A stretch of DNA of 64,000 nucleotides from Candidatus Omnitrophota bacterium (GTDB taxonomy: Bacteria; Omnitrophota; Gorgyraeia; Zapsychrales; JANLHA01), in the NCBI GenBank assembly GCA_022711395.1, contig JAKLFA010000002.1, positions 3,864-67,863 of the forward strand, given 5' to 3'. The notes beneath the pieces are model-generated. The model worked only from the letters and a program-made list of their open reading frames with translations. It was not told where the DNA came from and did no database searches. Position 1 is the first letter of the stretch, and each line of letters starts with the position of its first letter. Position numbers and translations under genes: made by a program. Below are positions 63,419 to 64,000 of the stretch, in pieces.

Positions 63419-64000
63419 TGAAAAAATTTATTACGACAGCTTTGGTGATGTTGGGCGTTGCGGCGTTCCCGTTGCAGGCGCATGCTTTGTTCACCAACAT
63501 CGGGTTTGAGACCGGGGATTTTACCGGATGGACGATTCCCGCAGGGTATGGCGTTCCCAGTGACCGTTCGGTTGAGTTCGGTTCTGACGCCGGGGCAGGA
63601 TACGGCACGTATTTCGCCAAGATCCAGGCGAGTGACGCTGACACCTGGATCGCGATCGTGCAGACCGCGACCCTGGAGGCCGGGACCAAGATCGATGGGG
63701 CGTTCAAGTTTGATTATTTAGATGAAGGGGCCCCTCATCTTGATGAAGCGATCGTTCAGATCCAGCATGCCGGATGGGCGAATCCCTTAGAGCCGTATTA
63801 TGTGGCTGGTGAAAGCACTGATGGTTGGCTGTATTGGTCATGGACAGCTCCGGAGGACGGAAGCTACACGCTGTCTTACGCGGTCAAGAACGTCGGGGAT
63901 GAAGATGTTCCAAGTTATGGATTTTTTGATACCAAACAGACGGCCCCGAATGCTGTTCCGGAACCGATGAGCTTGACGCTGATGGCCGGCGGCCTGGCAG
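63419..64000 (+). CDS. PEP-CTERM protein (3' end truncated by window edge)
   Basis: RBS AAAGGAG; signal peptide MKKFITTALVMLGVAAFPLQAHA. ...NAVPEPMSLTLMAGGLA reaches the window end. Confidence 0.8.

Overview
This 64-kb window is a bacterial genomic segment, probably from an uncultivated lineage. It is dominated by a PEP-CTERM/exosortase exopolysaccharide (EPS) biosynthesis locus, bordered on the left by ordinary housekeeping genes.

Left flank (1-11.2 kb): trypsin-like protease, two YbjQ/UPF0145 paralogs, an M48 peptidase, tRNA-Lys(CTT), a split transketolase, an RlmD-like rRNA methyltransferase, a cNMP-binding/patatin fusion, a HemL-like paralog and a cupin.

Locus entry (11.2-13.2 kb): rpoN (sigma-54) is encoded divergently, and is followed by a canonical sigma-54 promoter (TGGCAC-N5-TTGC) and a small HTH protein.

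EPS core genes: polysaccharide export protein, ExeA-like ATPase, chain-length determinant and a P-loop tyrosine-kinase-type ATPase. Glycosyltransferases: at least 9 GT4/GT2/GT8-like enzymes, a GtrB-like GT2 paired with a GT-C membrane protein, flippase, O-antigen-ligase-like protein, acetyl/pyruvyl/methyl transferases, a BKACE enzyme and a PP-loop protein. Sugar-nucleotide and sorting genes: two SDR epimerases, GalE, exosortase, EpsI, a priming sugar transferase preceded by a second sigma-54 promoter, and at least 3 PEP-CTERM proteins, one with a C-type-lectin-like domain.

Three AbiEi/AbiEii pairs and a DUF1016_N-SNase nuclease are interspersed within the locus.

The most unusual feature is a dense population (>25 copies) of short palindromic elements built from tandem 7-8-mers, in three sequence families that share a GTTTTAAGGTTTT core. 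They occur in intergenic regions, where some look like terminators. At least 15 are inserted in-frame inside conserved protein-coding genes (GalE, exosortase, four GT4 genes, a GT2, an SNase nuclease, an O-antigen-ligase-like gene and a large lipoprotein), without breaking the reading frames.

One copy forms a giant hairpin whose loop carries a four-helix-bundle protein gene of the 23S-rRNA-intervening-sequence protein family, and this splits xrtA from epsI.
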